From a bacterium (GTDB taxonomy: Bacteria; Krumholzibacteriota; Krumholzibacteriia; G020349025), in NCBI GenBank assembly GCA_031362565.1, contig JANLSU010000039.1, forward strand, positions 64,001 to 128,000: a stretch of DNA of 64,000 nucleotides. The letters run 5' to 3'. Below the pieces are notes generated by a model. That model searched no databases. It was given only the letters and a program-made list of their open reading frames with translations, and was not told the origin of the DNA. Position 1 is the first letter of the stretch, and each line of letters starts with the position of its first letter. Shown one piece after another: positions 27,701-36,909 of the stretch. The position numbers and the translations under genes were made by a program.

Positions 27701-28593
27701 GGCGCAGCCGCTTGCTCGCCTTGCTGGCCACGCTCATCTCGAGCTGTGCCCCGGTCACTGCCGTCGGCGTGAAGTTTCTCTATCGCCGGGCCGACCTGCC
27801 ATCCGCGCAGGTCGTCCGGCACATCTGCTACGCGTCGACCGGGGCTCGCGCCAGCGACGCGCAGACGCTCGATCTATACCTGCCGCTGGGCAAGGGCTGG
27901 CCGGTCATCCTGTTCGTCCACGGGGGCAATTGGGATGCGGGCGATAAGCAACTCCGCGTCGGCGGCGCCGACGTCTACGCCAACATCGGCCGTTTCTTCG
28001 CGTCGCAGGGCATCGGCACCGCGGTGATCAACTACCGGCTGCAACCCACGACCGACTGGCGCGGCCAGGTGGACGACGTGCGGCAAGCCACGCTCTGGGT
28101 TCAGAACAACCTTCAGGCCCGCAGCGGCCGGCCCGAGGAACTCTTCCTGATGGGTCATTCCGCCGGCGCGCACCTGAGTTCGTTCGTAGCGCTCGGCGCG
28201 GCGGATTCACTGCACATTCGCGGCGTGATCGCGGTCAGCGGCGCCGCCCTGGACCTGACCGACCAACAAACCTACGACCTAGGCGAAGCCCCCGACTACT
28301 ACGCCAAACGCTTTCGGGCCAACGACCTCGCCGACCAGTGGAAAACCGTTGCGTCCCCCGTCCACTACGTGACACCCAACGCGCCGCCCTTCCTGATCGT
28401 CTACGCCGGCGGCGAAAAGAAAGCCCTTCAGCGCCAAGCCCGCTGCCTACAAAAGGCGCTCGACACTGCACACGTAGAAAACCAGCTCGTCGTCGTGCCC
28501 GGTGAAAGCCACACCCGCATAGTCCTCACCCTAAGCCGCCCCGATAAAACGTCAGCGCCGGCCATCCTCGATTTCATCCACAAGCACGTGTGA
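27697..28593 (+). CDS. Alpha/beta hydrolase (esterase-like) lipoprotein
   Basis: GTG overlapping the Prx stop (GTGA); lipobox-like LISS-C; HGGNW, INYRL and GHSAG nucleophile motif. Confidence 0.85.
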   Translation: MRRSRLLALLATLISSCAPVTAVGVKFLYRRADLPSAQVVRHICYASTGARASDAQTLDLYLPLGKGWPVILFVHGGNWDAGDKQLRVGGADVYANIGRFFASQGIGTAVINYRLQPTTDWRGQVDDVRQATLWVQNNLQARSGRPEELFLMGHSAGAHLSSFVALGAADSLHIRGVIAVSGAALDLTDQQTYDLGEAPDYYAKRFRANDLADQWKTVASPVHYVTPNAPPFLIVYAGGEKKALQRQARCLQKALDTAHVENQLVVVPGESHTRIVLTLSRPDKTSAPAILDFIHKHV

Positions 28594-28657
28594 AGCACCA
28601 GGCGCCGTCGAGCGTCGCAACCGCAGCGTGCTCCCGCCCCGCGCACGTGGTCCGGCG

Positions 28658-30646
28658 CTACCACACTTCGTGCGGCAACTGCACCGGCACGATAATGATG
28701 TCGAGCCCGCGGTACAGCAACCGCCGCTGCAGCGCAAACGCCACTTCATTGTGCAAGAGCCGCATGGTGAGCGTTTCCTGTGGGAAGACGACCTGTCCCG
28801 CCACAAAGACCGTCTGCGGCTGCTCGCTCGCGATCGTCGTCGCGAGCCGCTCCAGTTCCTGCACGACGTCCGTGCCCACCGCCCAGCGTGTCTCGACCTC
28901 GAGCCCCGCGCCGCGCGCCACACCTTCGTAGCGCTCCAGTTCCTTGCGCCGGGTGTCGTTCAACATTGCCAAGTGATTTTCGTCGCGGAATTGATCCGAG
29001 TCCACTTGGACGACGCTCAGGAAGATGACCTTTTGCAGGTCGCTCCCCATGAGGGCGCGCACCCGTCCGAGCGTGTGCAACCCGAGCCCGTCATAGCGGT
29101 TGACGAAAATCGCCGCAACACGTTCGCGACGCGGCTCGTCGCCGGAGTCGAGGGTGTTTTCGACGAGCAAATTCAGCATCGTGAGCGCGAACTGGAAGCG
29201 CCGGTAGTGGTGCCGCACCAGGAAGGCGACGCCCACCGTGCTCCCCGTCACCAAGACGGTGAGCCAGCCACCCTGGAAAAACTTCAGCGACACCGTGACG
29301 ATCAAGATGGCGAAGGAAATCAGCATGCCGGTGCCGTTCAGACAGAAGCGCCAGAGCCAGTCATGGACCCGGTGCCGTTCGATCCACCAATGCCGGACCA
29401 TGCCGAGTTGCGACAGCGTGAACGTCACGAAGACGTTGATGCTGTACATGATGACGAGCTGTTTGACCGACGCACGGGTGTAGAGCAGCGCGATCGCTGC
29501 GCCCACGCCCATGAGGATCACGCCGTTACCGGTGACGAGGCGGCTGCTCAGGTTGGCGAACCGGTTCGGCACCCAGCGATCGACGGCCATCGACGCCAAG
29601 ATGCGCGGCCCCCCCAGAAACCCGGTCTGCGCCGCCACGAAAAGCAGCGCGCCCTCCGACAAGAGCGTGAGGCCGATGAAAACGCTGCCGAGCTGCCAAC
29701 TGTTCGTATTCCAGCCGTCCGCGACCCGGTGCACCAGCGTCGCGTTCAAGGTGCGCCCCGGTTCGTGCGTCAGGTCGAAGAGCCGGTACGCGATGAGGAT
29801 CCCGGCGGCGGTGATCGCCAACGACACCGCCATGGCCAGCATGGTGCGCTTGCCGGTGCGAACCCGCGGCTCGCGCAGCACCGCCATGCCGTTCGAGACC
29901 GCTTCGATCCCGGTGTAGGTCCCGGCGCCGAGACTGTAGGCGCGCAGGAACAGAAAGACCGTCGCCCACAGGCCCATCGTCCGGATGCTCTCGGCCGTTC
30001 CCGAAACCGATTCACGGAATAGCGCCGGAACGCCGGTTGCATGCCCGCCGAGCGCCACCGAGATGAGGATCGCATGCGTCACGACAAAGATGACGAAGAT
30101 CGGCAGCAGAACGCGCACCGATTCCTTGACGCCGCGCAGATTCAGCATGATGAGCGCCGCAATCGACACCAAACAGATGATGGTCTTGTGCGGCGAGTCG
30201 GCGTGGGCCCCGAAAGAGAGCAACGCGTCGACGCCGCTCGCCACCGACACCGCGATGGTCAGCACATAGTCCACGACCAACGCACAGCCGCTGATGACGC
30301 CGGCGGTCGAATTGAGCAGCGTCGTGGCCACCACGTAGCCGCCGCCACCGCCCGGAAACGCCTCGATGATTTGCGAATAGCTGGCGGCAATCACCCCGAC
30401 CGTGAGCGCGGTGGCAAGGGCCAGAAAGAGCGCCAGATGATTGTGCCCATGCAAAGCGAGATAGGCTTCTTCGGGGCCGTAGCAGGACGACGACAGCCCG
30501 TCGCTCCCCAACCCGACCCAGGCGAAGAACGCCACGAGCGACATGCTGTGGAACACGCCGCGCTCGAGCGGGCTCTTCTCGCGGCCGAGGAGCACGCGCT
30601 CAGTGCGCCGGAACGCCGTGCGGACTCTTTGAGAAGGACTGGGCAT
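28658..30646 (-). CDS. APC-superfamily transporter, YdaO/KimA-like, with C-terminal cytoplasmic domain
   Basis: GLGSDGLSSSCYGPEE, FPGGGGGYVVA, YTGIEAVSNG, YSINVF; ATG coupled to the tldE stop (TGATG). Confidence 0.85.
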   Translation of the reverse strand: MPSPSQRVRTAFRRTERVLLGREKSPLERGVFHSMSLVAFFAWVGLGSDGLSSSCYGPEEAYLALHGHNHLALFLALATALTVGVIAASYSQIIEAFPGGGGGYVVATTLLNSTAGVISGCALVVDYVLTIAVSVASGVDALLSFGAHADSPHKTIICLVSIAALIMLNLRGVKESVRVLLPIFVIFVVTHAILISVALGGHATGVPALFRESVSGTAESIRTMGLWATVFLFLRAYSLGAGTYTGIEAVSNGMAVLREPRVRTGKRTMLAMAVSLAITAAGILIAYRLFDLTHEPGRTLNATLVHRVADGWNTNSWQLGSVFIGLTLLSEGALLFVAAQTGFLGGPRILASMAVDRWVPNRFANLSSRLVTGNGVILMGVGAAIALLYTRASVKQLVIMYSINVFVTFTLSQLGMVRHWWIERHRVHDWLWRFCLNGTGMLISFAILIVTVSLKFFQGGWLTVLVTGSTVGVAFLVRHHYRRFQFALTMLNLLVENTLDSGDEPRRERVAAIFVNRYDGLGLHTLGRVRALMGSDLQKVIFLSVVQVDSDQFRDENHLAMLNDTRRKELERYEGVARGAGLEVETRWAVGTDVVQELERLATTIASEQPQTVFVAGQVVFPQETLTMRLLHNEVAFALQRRLLYRGLDIIIVPVQLPHEVW

Positions 30647-31995
30647 CAGAACCGCGTCGCGCTCGTGAAACGGAACCCGTCGGCCACGAGCGGCGGCGCG
30701 ACCGCGAGATTCGTGGCTTCGGGCCGGCCGAGAGCGCGCACATTGCGCAGCACTTCCAACACGCTTTGATTGAAGCGTAGGTTCAAGACCGCGTGTCGCA
30801 CCCGCCCCTCCTCGATCCAGTACGTGCCGTCGCGCGTCATGCCGGTCACCACCAGGTCCCGGGCCTCGACGACGCGCGAGTACCACAGCCGCGTCACGAG
30901 AAGTCCCCGCTCGACGCCCGCCGCGAGATCTGCCGCCGTCCCATCGCCGCCCTCGAGCACCAGATGGCTGGCGGCAGCGCCGTCCGGCGACGGCACGCGC
31001 AGGCCATGCCCCGTGGGCGCGACACCGTGGCGGGCAGCGGACGCGCGATCATAGACCATTCGGCGGGCGGCGCCTGCCTCCACCAGGAGCACGGCGTCGG
31101 TCGGCCAGCCCTCGGCATCGAACGGCGTCGACTGGTGGAGGGCGTGGTACGGGTCGTCCCAGAGCCGGAGGCTCGGCGCAAACAGTGGCGTCCCGAAGCG
31201 TTCCGAGAGGCAGCTCCGGCCCTCATCGACGACCGTCGCGGCGAATTCCGGCGTCAGGAAGGCCAGGAGGTCGGCCACTGCCGCAGGTTCCAGAAGCACA
31301 GTGTAGGAGCCCGGCGCGATCGCCTGCAGGGACTGGGCTGCGGCCGCCTTGTCGGCCGCCCGGCCGGCCAGCGCCGGCACGTCCACCTGGCCGGCGCTCC
31401 GGCCTGTGCCCTCGACCCAACCCGAGCCGTCCTTGCCCATGACCGTCGCCGACACCTGAAAGGTGGTGCCGGCGTGGAACGCCTCCAGGCCGCTGGAATT
31501 GACGATAGCGACCGCGCCCCGTTCGCCATAATCACCGACCCGGCCGCATACGGTGCGGACGAAACCCGCCGCGACCAGGTTCTTGGCGCGCGCCGCATCG
31601 ATGAACTCGGCGGCCGCGTCGGCGCGCGCCCCGGCGTCCAACCGCGCGGTCGCATCGTCGTAGGCTCCCGGCACCGGTCGATAGGCCTGCGGCCCGGCGA
31701 GCGACAAGACGTCGGCGCTCTCCGGCGCGAGGCGCGCGGCGCGTTCGGAGGTTTCGACCGCGGCGCGAATGCCGTCCGCATCCAAACGCGTCGTCGACGC
31801 CCGGCCCGTGCGCCGCCCCAGAAGGCTGCGCACCGAAATTTCGTACGACTCGCTCGCCATGCTCTGATGCACCTCGTTGGCAGCGAAGCGCGTCCACGCA
31901 TCATTGCCGCCGCCGAGCGTGACCTCGCAGGCGTCGGCCTTGGACGCGTCGAGTGCCGCGCGGCACCATTCGAGAGCCCGGTCACGATCCAGCAC
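30646..31995 (-). CDS. tldE: TldE/PmbA family protein
   Basis: TRFAANEVHQ, PGSYTVLLEPAAV, FDAEG, TGMTRDG, NLRFNQS; GTG start 31995 overlapping the tldD end. Confidence 0.85.
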   Translation of the reverse strand: MLDRDRALEWCRAALDASKADACEVTLGGGNDAWTRFAANEVHQSMASESYEISVRSLLGRRTGRASTTRLDADGIRAAVETSERAARLAPESADVLSLAGPQAYRPVPGAYDDATARLDAGARADAAAEFIDAARAKNLVAAGFVRTVCGRVGDYGERGAVAIVNSSGLEAFHAGTTFQVSATVMGKDGSGWVEGTGRSAGQVDVPALAGRAADKAAAAQSLQAIAPGSYTVLLEPAAVADLLAFLTPEFAATVVDEGRSCLSERFGTPLFAPSLRLWDDPYHALHQSTPFDAEGWPTDAVLLVEAGAARRMVYDRASAARHGVAPTGHGLRVPSPDGAAASHLVLEGGDGTAADLAAGVERGLLVTRLWYSRVVEARDLVVTGMTRDGTYWIEEGRVRHAVLNLRFNQSVLEVLRNVRALGRPEATNLAVAPPLVADGFRFTSATRF

Positions 31996-33436
31996 GCGCC
32001 ACCCCCACCTGAATCTTGCGGAAGCGCGCCGGTGCGGCACCGTGCCCCGTTGCCATGATTTGTCCCGGCTGGCCCTTGCCGCACGACGGAATGCCCCACA
32101 ACACCCAATGCCGGGCGTCACAGATCGCATCGCAGCGATTCCAAAAATCCGTGGTGGTGCCTTGATAGGTGGGATTGCGCAGCATGCGGCCGCGTTTGCC
32201 GTGGCGAATCTCCCAGCCGATTTCGGTCCCGAATTGGAAGTTGAGGCGGTACGAATCGATGCTCCAACTGCGGTTCGTTTCCATCAGGATGCCGTCATCG
32301 GTGTCGGCCACGAGGTCTTCGAACCCCCACGTGCCGGGCACGAGCCACACGTTCACCATGCGGATGAGCGGGAAATTGCGCCAGCCGTCGGCCCGCATGC
32401 AACCACGCGACGCCGATGCGCCGATGCGCCGCGCCGTTTCGCGTGACGTCAGGTAATCCACGAAGCGGCCGTCGCGCACCAGGTCCCAACTTTGCGCCGC
32501 CACACCTTCGTCGTCATACCCGAAGGTGCCCATGCCGCGCGGACTCGTGGCATCGGCACGCAGCGTCACGAGCGGCGAGCCGTAACACAATTCGCCCTGC
32601 AAGTCCGGGGTGAGAAAGGATTGCCCGGCATAGTTCGCTTCGCTGCCCAGCACGCGGTCGAGTTCGGCCGGATGCCCGCACGACTCGTGGATTTGCAGCC
32701 CCAACTGCGAACCCCCGAGAATGACATCCCGCGCCCCGGGGGGACACGGATCGGCGACCAAGAGCGCCGCGGCTTCCGACGCGACGCGCGGCGCGTTCTC
32801 CAGCAGCCGCCAATCGGCCAGCATTTCATAGCCCCGGGTCTCGAACTGGCCGCGGAAAGAGTTCGGATACGACCGCACCTGGATTTCGCCGTCGCCGACC
32901 GCGGTCGCCACATATCCCGCCCCGCTCGACAGGATTTCCTGGTCGATGCGCGCCCCCTCGGTGCTGGCAAAGAATTGCTGCTTTTTGGCGAAATCCATGC
33001 TACTGCGCGCCACGCGCACCGCCTTTTCGGCGCGCAGCGCCCGGTCGATCGCGAATAGAAAATCGAGCTTGGCGTCGAGTGAGATGCTGAACGGATCAAT
33101 CTCGAAGGGGGTGCGGTAGGAGGCTTGGAGGGCCTTTGCCGGGGCCATTTCGACCGGCGAACGGCACCCGCGTGCCGCGGCGCGTGCCAGAACCACCGCT
33201 TCCTGGGCCGCCGCAACCGCCGCTTCCGGCGCGTCGCCGGCGCGCGACGCGAATCCCCACGCTCCGCCGGCGAGAACCCGCACGCCGAAGCCTTCGTCGT
33301 CACGCTCGTCGAGAGATCCGACCTGCTCGTTCTTGGTGGTGAGACTTTGGGTGCGGGTGCGGACGACGCGAACGTCCGCGTAGTCCGCACCGGCGGAGCG
33401 CGCGGCGTCCAATGCGCGGGCAGCGAGGTCTCGCAC
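31982..33436 (-). CDS. tldD: TldD family metalloprotease
   Basis: ADYADVR, GFGVRVL, HESCGHPAELDR (HExxxH), YDDEG, PLIRMVN, CGKGQPGQ. Confidence 0.92.
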   Translation of the reverse strand: MRDLAARALDAARSAGADYADVRVVRTRTQSLTTKNEQVGSLDERDDEGFGVRVLAGGAWGFASRAGDAPEAAVAAAQEAVVLARAAARGCRSPVEMAPAKALQASYRTPFEIDPFSISLDAKLDFLFAIDRALRAEKAVRVARSSMDFAKKQQFFASTEGARIDQEILSSGAGYVATAVGDGEIQVRSYPNSFRGQFETRGYEMLADWRLLENAPRVASEAAALLVADPCPPGARDVILGGSQLGLQIHESCGHPAELDRVLGSEANYAGQSFLTPDLQGELCYGSPLVTLRADATSPRGMGTFGYDDEGVAAQSWDLVRDGRFVDYLTSRETARRIGASASRGCMRADGWRNFPLIRMVNVWLVPGTWGFEDLVADTDDGILMETNRSWSIDSYRLNFQFGTEIGWEIRHGKRGRMLRNPTYQGTTTDFWNRCDAICDARHWVLWGIPSCGKGQPGQIMATGHGAAPARFRKIQVGVARAGS

Positions 33437-33530
33437 GTCCCCTCCCCATCAGTGCAAGATGGCGGAGAGTGTGCCAAAGCGCGGCGCGCGCGGCAAGTGA
33501 GTCACGCGGCGGTCGAGTCTGAGTCGTGGG

Positions 33531-33848
33531 TCAGAATACCGATTCGATGAAGCCCTTGAGCTTCTCGTCGATGGGGCCTTCGGACATTTCCATCTCGACG
33601 CCATGGCGGCCGAAATACTCGACCGCGTCGGCGCCCGCCTGCGTGCAGCAGACCACCTTGCAATCGCGCAAGGTCTCGGCGATGCCCTGCAGCGTTTTCG
33701 GAGAACTGACCGCATCGCGATAGCGGTTCTCGCGCTTCTCGACGAACGAGATCCCCGACAACGACACATCGAAAACGAAGAATTGTTCCGAGGCGTGCAG
33801 ACCGTGGTTGATGTAGGCGCCTTCCATCGATGCAACGGCGATTCTCAA
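33531..33848 (-). CDS. NifB/NifX-family (dinitrogenase FeMo-cofactor domain) small protein
   Basis: TTG start 33848 with GAGGTG RBS; MRIAVAS..G..INH....SEQFFVFDV....FVEKREN...DCKVV...GADAV..F...GV pattern. Confidence 0.7.
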   Translation of the reverse strand: MRIAVASMEGAYINHGLHASEQFFVFDVSLSGISFVEKRENRYRDAVSSPKTLQGIAETLRDCKVVCCTQAGADAVEYFGRHGVEMEMSEGPIDEKLKGFIESVF

Positions 33849-34044
33849 GAGACACCTCACGGGCGGCAGGGCGACGTAAAAGATTCGATCACGTGCATTC
33901 ATCATATCATGGGCGCCGTGCGGGACGCAAACCCACAACCGCGCAAATCCACTGCTGGCGTGCCCTTGCGGGGTGAGATGGCCCAGACGCTCCACGCGCG
34001 CGGAACCCTTGCGCGCCGCGCCTCCAGGCAGCATCATTCCGTCC

Positions 34045-34449
34045 ATGAAGCTTCGAATCCCACGCCTGGAGTCCTGGCGCATCCTCCTGCTGTTCGCGGC
34101 ACTGCTTGTTTCGGCCTGCAACGACACCGCGACGCGCCCGGTACGCACGATCGCCATCACGAGCCCGCTCCAATGGACGCCCACCGGTTCCAACGGCACG
34201 TTCGCTGCGACTGCGGCACTGCGGGTCAACTGGGTGTTTCGCCTCGAACTCGTTGCCCCGACCGACACTCGCGCACCGGTGTTCAGCGCGCAATTCACGG
34301 CGCAAGAACACATGCTGTTCACTTGGGATGGCCGCAGCAATTCCGGTTTTGGCGACTTCGCGATCGGGGACAGTTGTCGCGCCCGGGTCGAGTTTCCGCA
34401 GCTCGCCCCGGCGGACAGACCGCGCGCCGAGGTTCGTTTCCTGTTCTGA
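34045..34449 (+). CDS. Small lipoprotein with FlgD-like Ig motif
   Basis: Start MKLRIPR; lipobox LLVSA-C; FTWDGRSNSG motif. Confidence 0.6.
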   Translation: MKLRIPRLESWRILLLFAALLVSACNDTATRPVRTIAITSPLQWTPTGSNGTFAATAALRVNWVFRLELVAPTDTRAPVFSAQFTAQEHMLFTWDGRSNSGFGDFAIGDSCRARVEFPQLAPADRPRAEVRFLF

Positions 34450-34507
34450 GTCGCGGCTCGAAGGTTGCACCTTTGGGGAGGGCGGGTAGGGTGGGAGCGG
34501 TGGCCCG

Positions 34508-35275
34508 ATGACGACAGTCCGGTCCGAACTGCAGTTTTGGCAGCCGCGGAGCAGCAGCGCGTGGCCGTGGCTACGCGCCCGCGTCAGCACGCGCCACGGC
34601 GGCACGAGCCCGGCGCCTTACACGAGCCTCAACCTTGGACTCGCAACGGGTGATGACGCGGCGAGCGTGCAGCAAAACCGCCGTCTGTTGCAGCGCGCGC
34701 TCGGCCTTGAACCCGCCCGTGTGCACACCCTGCATCAGGTCCACGGCGCCGCGATCTTTCAGGCTCCGACCCCGGCTCGCGACGGCGACGGACTGTGGAC
34801 GGCGGAGCCCGGCGAGGTCCTGGTGGTCGGCATCGCCGATTGCGTGCCGGTCTTCGTATGGGACGACGACGCCCGCCGCATTGCACTCGTGCATGCCGGC
34901 TGGCGTGGTACAGCCGCCGCCATTGTGAGCCGCGCGCTCGAGGAACTGCAGCGCCAAGGCTCCAAGCCCGAACACTTGCACGTCGCTCTCGGCCCGTCGA
35001 TCGGCCCCTGCTGCTACGTGGTCGGCGCCGACACCGCGGCGCAGTTTCCGGCTGCCGCCGTGCAGGCGGACACACCCGGATTTCGTCTCGACTTGCGCAC
35101 CGCCAACCGACTGCAGGCCGAGGCGATGGGGCTCCTGCCCCAACACATCGAATCGGACCCACCCTGCACCGGATGCAACCGCGACGATTTCTTCTCACAC
35201 CGCATGGAAGCGGGCCGCACCGGCAGGCTTTGGGCCCTGCTTTGGATGCCGGTGGACGCCGGGCCGATCTCTTAA
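34508..35275 (+). CDS. pgeF: PgeF/YfiH (laccase-domain, purine nucleoside phosphorylase-like) protein
   Basis: STRHGG, SLNLG, QVHG, ADCVP, HAGWRG, GPSIGPCCY, FFSHR..GR. Confidence 0.92.
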   Translation: MTTVRSELQFWQPRSSSAWPWLRARVSTRHGGTSPAPYTSLNLGLATGDDAASVQQNRRLLQRALGLEPARVHTLHQVHGAAIFQAPTPARDGDGLWTAEPGEVLVVGIADCVPVFVWDDDARRIALVHAGWRGTAAAIVSRALEELQRQGSKPEHLHVALGPSIGPCCYVVGADTAAQFPAAAVQADTPGFRLDLRTANRLQAEAMGLLPQHIESDPPCTGCNRDDFFSHRMEAGRTGRLWALLWMPVDAGPIS

Positions 35276-35311
35276 GACCGCACGGGTCGTCCGACGCGCT
35301 ATACTTACCGC

Positions 35312-36901
35312 ATGAAGCTTGGCGCGGCGAGAATTCCGGCCATCGGGCGAGCCGCTTTGGCGGCCGGCCTGGCCGTGACCGCAAGCTGTTCACGCCCGGT
35401 GGAAACGCAGTCCGAGCGCGCCCTGCACGCCATTTCCGCCGAACACATCAACAGCATCGGCAAAGCTCTCGCGTCCGACGACATGGCCGGGCGCTACTAC
35501 GCCTCACCGGAGGCGGATTCCGCCGCGGCGACGCTGCTCGCGCGCCTGCGCCAGGCCGGGATTCCTTTCGTGCAACGGTCGGAGAACTTGCTGGGCAGCC
35601 ATCCGGCGAGCTTCGCGCATCACTTCAGTGTGACGCTCTATCGGCTCGGGTCGCGCACGCGTCTCGGTGGAACCCGCGGCGCGACAGAGCGGGCGGCCGA
35701 CCTCGGCGCCGATTTCGTGCCCCTCGTCTTCTCCCAATCGACGGCCACGTCGGGGCGGCTCGTGCGGCTCGATGCCAACGCCGAGCGGGCGGCGTATTCG
35801 GTGCGCAACCTCAATGGCGCAGTGGTCCTGGTCGCGGCCGCAGCGGATCGCCGCCAAGACACGGCGCTGTACGCGCGAGCCCGGCGTCTGCAGGAACGCG
35901 GTGCCGCAGCCGTGTTGTTCGAAGGCGACGGGCGCCTTCTGACGACCGCGGCGGCGATCTATCCGTCACACCTCTCGGCGGAACAACGTGCCGCGGCGCT
36001 TTCACCGCGCGGTCAGAGTGCGAATCTGAGCGGCGACCGGGTGAGCCTCGCATCCCAAGCCCTATCGTGGCGCGACGCCGGCGAGCACACGATCCCCGCC
36101 CTCGCGGTGCGATCGAGTTGGGCCGACCGCCTTCAGGACGGCGACCTCGTCCATCTGGAAGTCGATCTGCGCGCCGAGGTATCGCTTGGACAAAACGTGC
36201 TGGTGGGCTTTCGCGGCAAGACGCGACCGAACGACGTCATCGTGCTCGGGGCGAACTACGACCACGCCGGCGTCAACGCGGCCGGCGACGTGCTGAATGG
36301 CGCCAACGACAACGCCAGCGGCGTCGCGGCGCTCAGCGAGGTCGCGACGGCGCTCGCCGCGGTGCGTGGCGAACTGGGGTGCAGCGTCATTATCGCGTTC
36401 TTCTCGGCGAGCCGGGCCGGACTGCAAGGCAGCGAGATGTTGCTGCACGACTGGCGGCTGCTGCTGGGCGGCGATGTCCACCCGGTGGCCATGGTCGGGC
36501 TGCGCGCCATCGGCCGCGCCGACGGCAACTCGTTATTGGTCGTGGGCGGCAAGCAGCGGGGCGATTTCGCGGCCGCACTCGAACGCCACGACCGGCGCGA
36601 AGACCTGCTCGGACCGGTGCTCGCATTGCAGCGCTTCGACGACGAGGTCAACGATGTCAGCCGCATCGAGCTGGCTCCGTCACGCGGCAGCGACCACTTG
36701 TCGTTCCTGCGCGCCGGCATTCCGGCGGTGTTGCTCACCGGTGGAATGGACGCCGCCGACCTGCCGAACGCCGACGACGATTGGCGCGAGGTCGATGCCG
36801 ACAAGGTCGCACGCGTCGCGCGGCTCGTCTTCCGGACGACACTCGACTGGACCAACGACCTACATCCGACCGTCGTGCCGGCGAGCAGTCCGGCGCGTTG
36901 A
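35312..36901 (+). CDS. M28 peptidase-like lipoprotein with PA domain; catalytic residues degenerate
   Basis: Lipobox AVTAS-C; LASDDMAGR, GANYDH, NGANDNASG, SDHLSF..AGIPA; metal/catalytic positions altered (see findings). Confidence 0.8.
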   Translation: MKLGAARIPAIGRAALAAGLAVTASCSRPVETQSERALHAISAEHINSIGKALASDDMAGRYYASPEADSAAATLLARLRQAGIPFVQRSENLLGSHPASFAHHFSVTLYRLGSRTRLGGTRGATERAADLGADFVPLVFSQSTATSGRLVRLDANAERAAYSVRNLNGAVVLVAAAADRRQDTALYARARRLQERGAAAVLFEGDGRLLTTAAAIYPSHLSAEQRAAALSPRGQSANLSGDRVSLASQALSWRDAGEHTIPALAVRSSWADRLQDGDLVHLEVDLRAEVSLGQNVLVGFRGKTRPNDVIVLGANYDHAGVNAAGDVLNGANDNASGVAALSEVATALAAVRGELGCSVIIAFFSASRAGLQGSEMLLHDWRLLLGGDVHPVAMVGLRAIGRADGNSLLVVGGKQRGDFAAALERHDRREDLLGPVLALQRFDDEVNDVSRIELAPSRGSDHLSFLRAGIPAVLLTGGMDAADLPNADDDWREVDADKVARVARLVFRTTLDWTNDLHPTVVPASSPAR

Positions 36902-36909
36902 ACCGGCGC

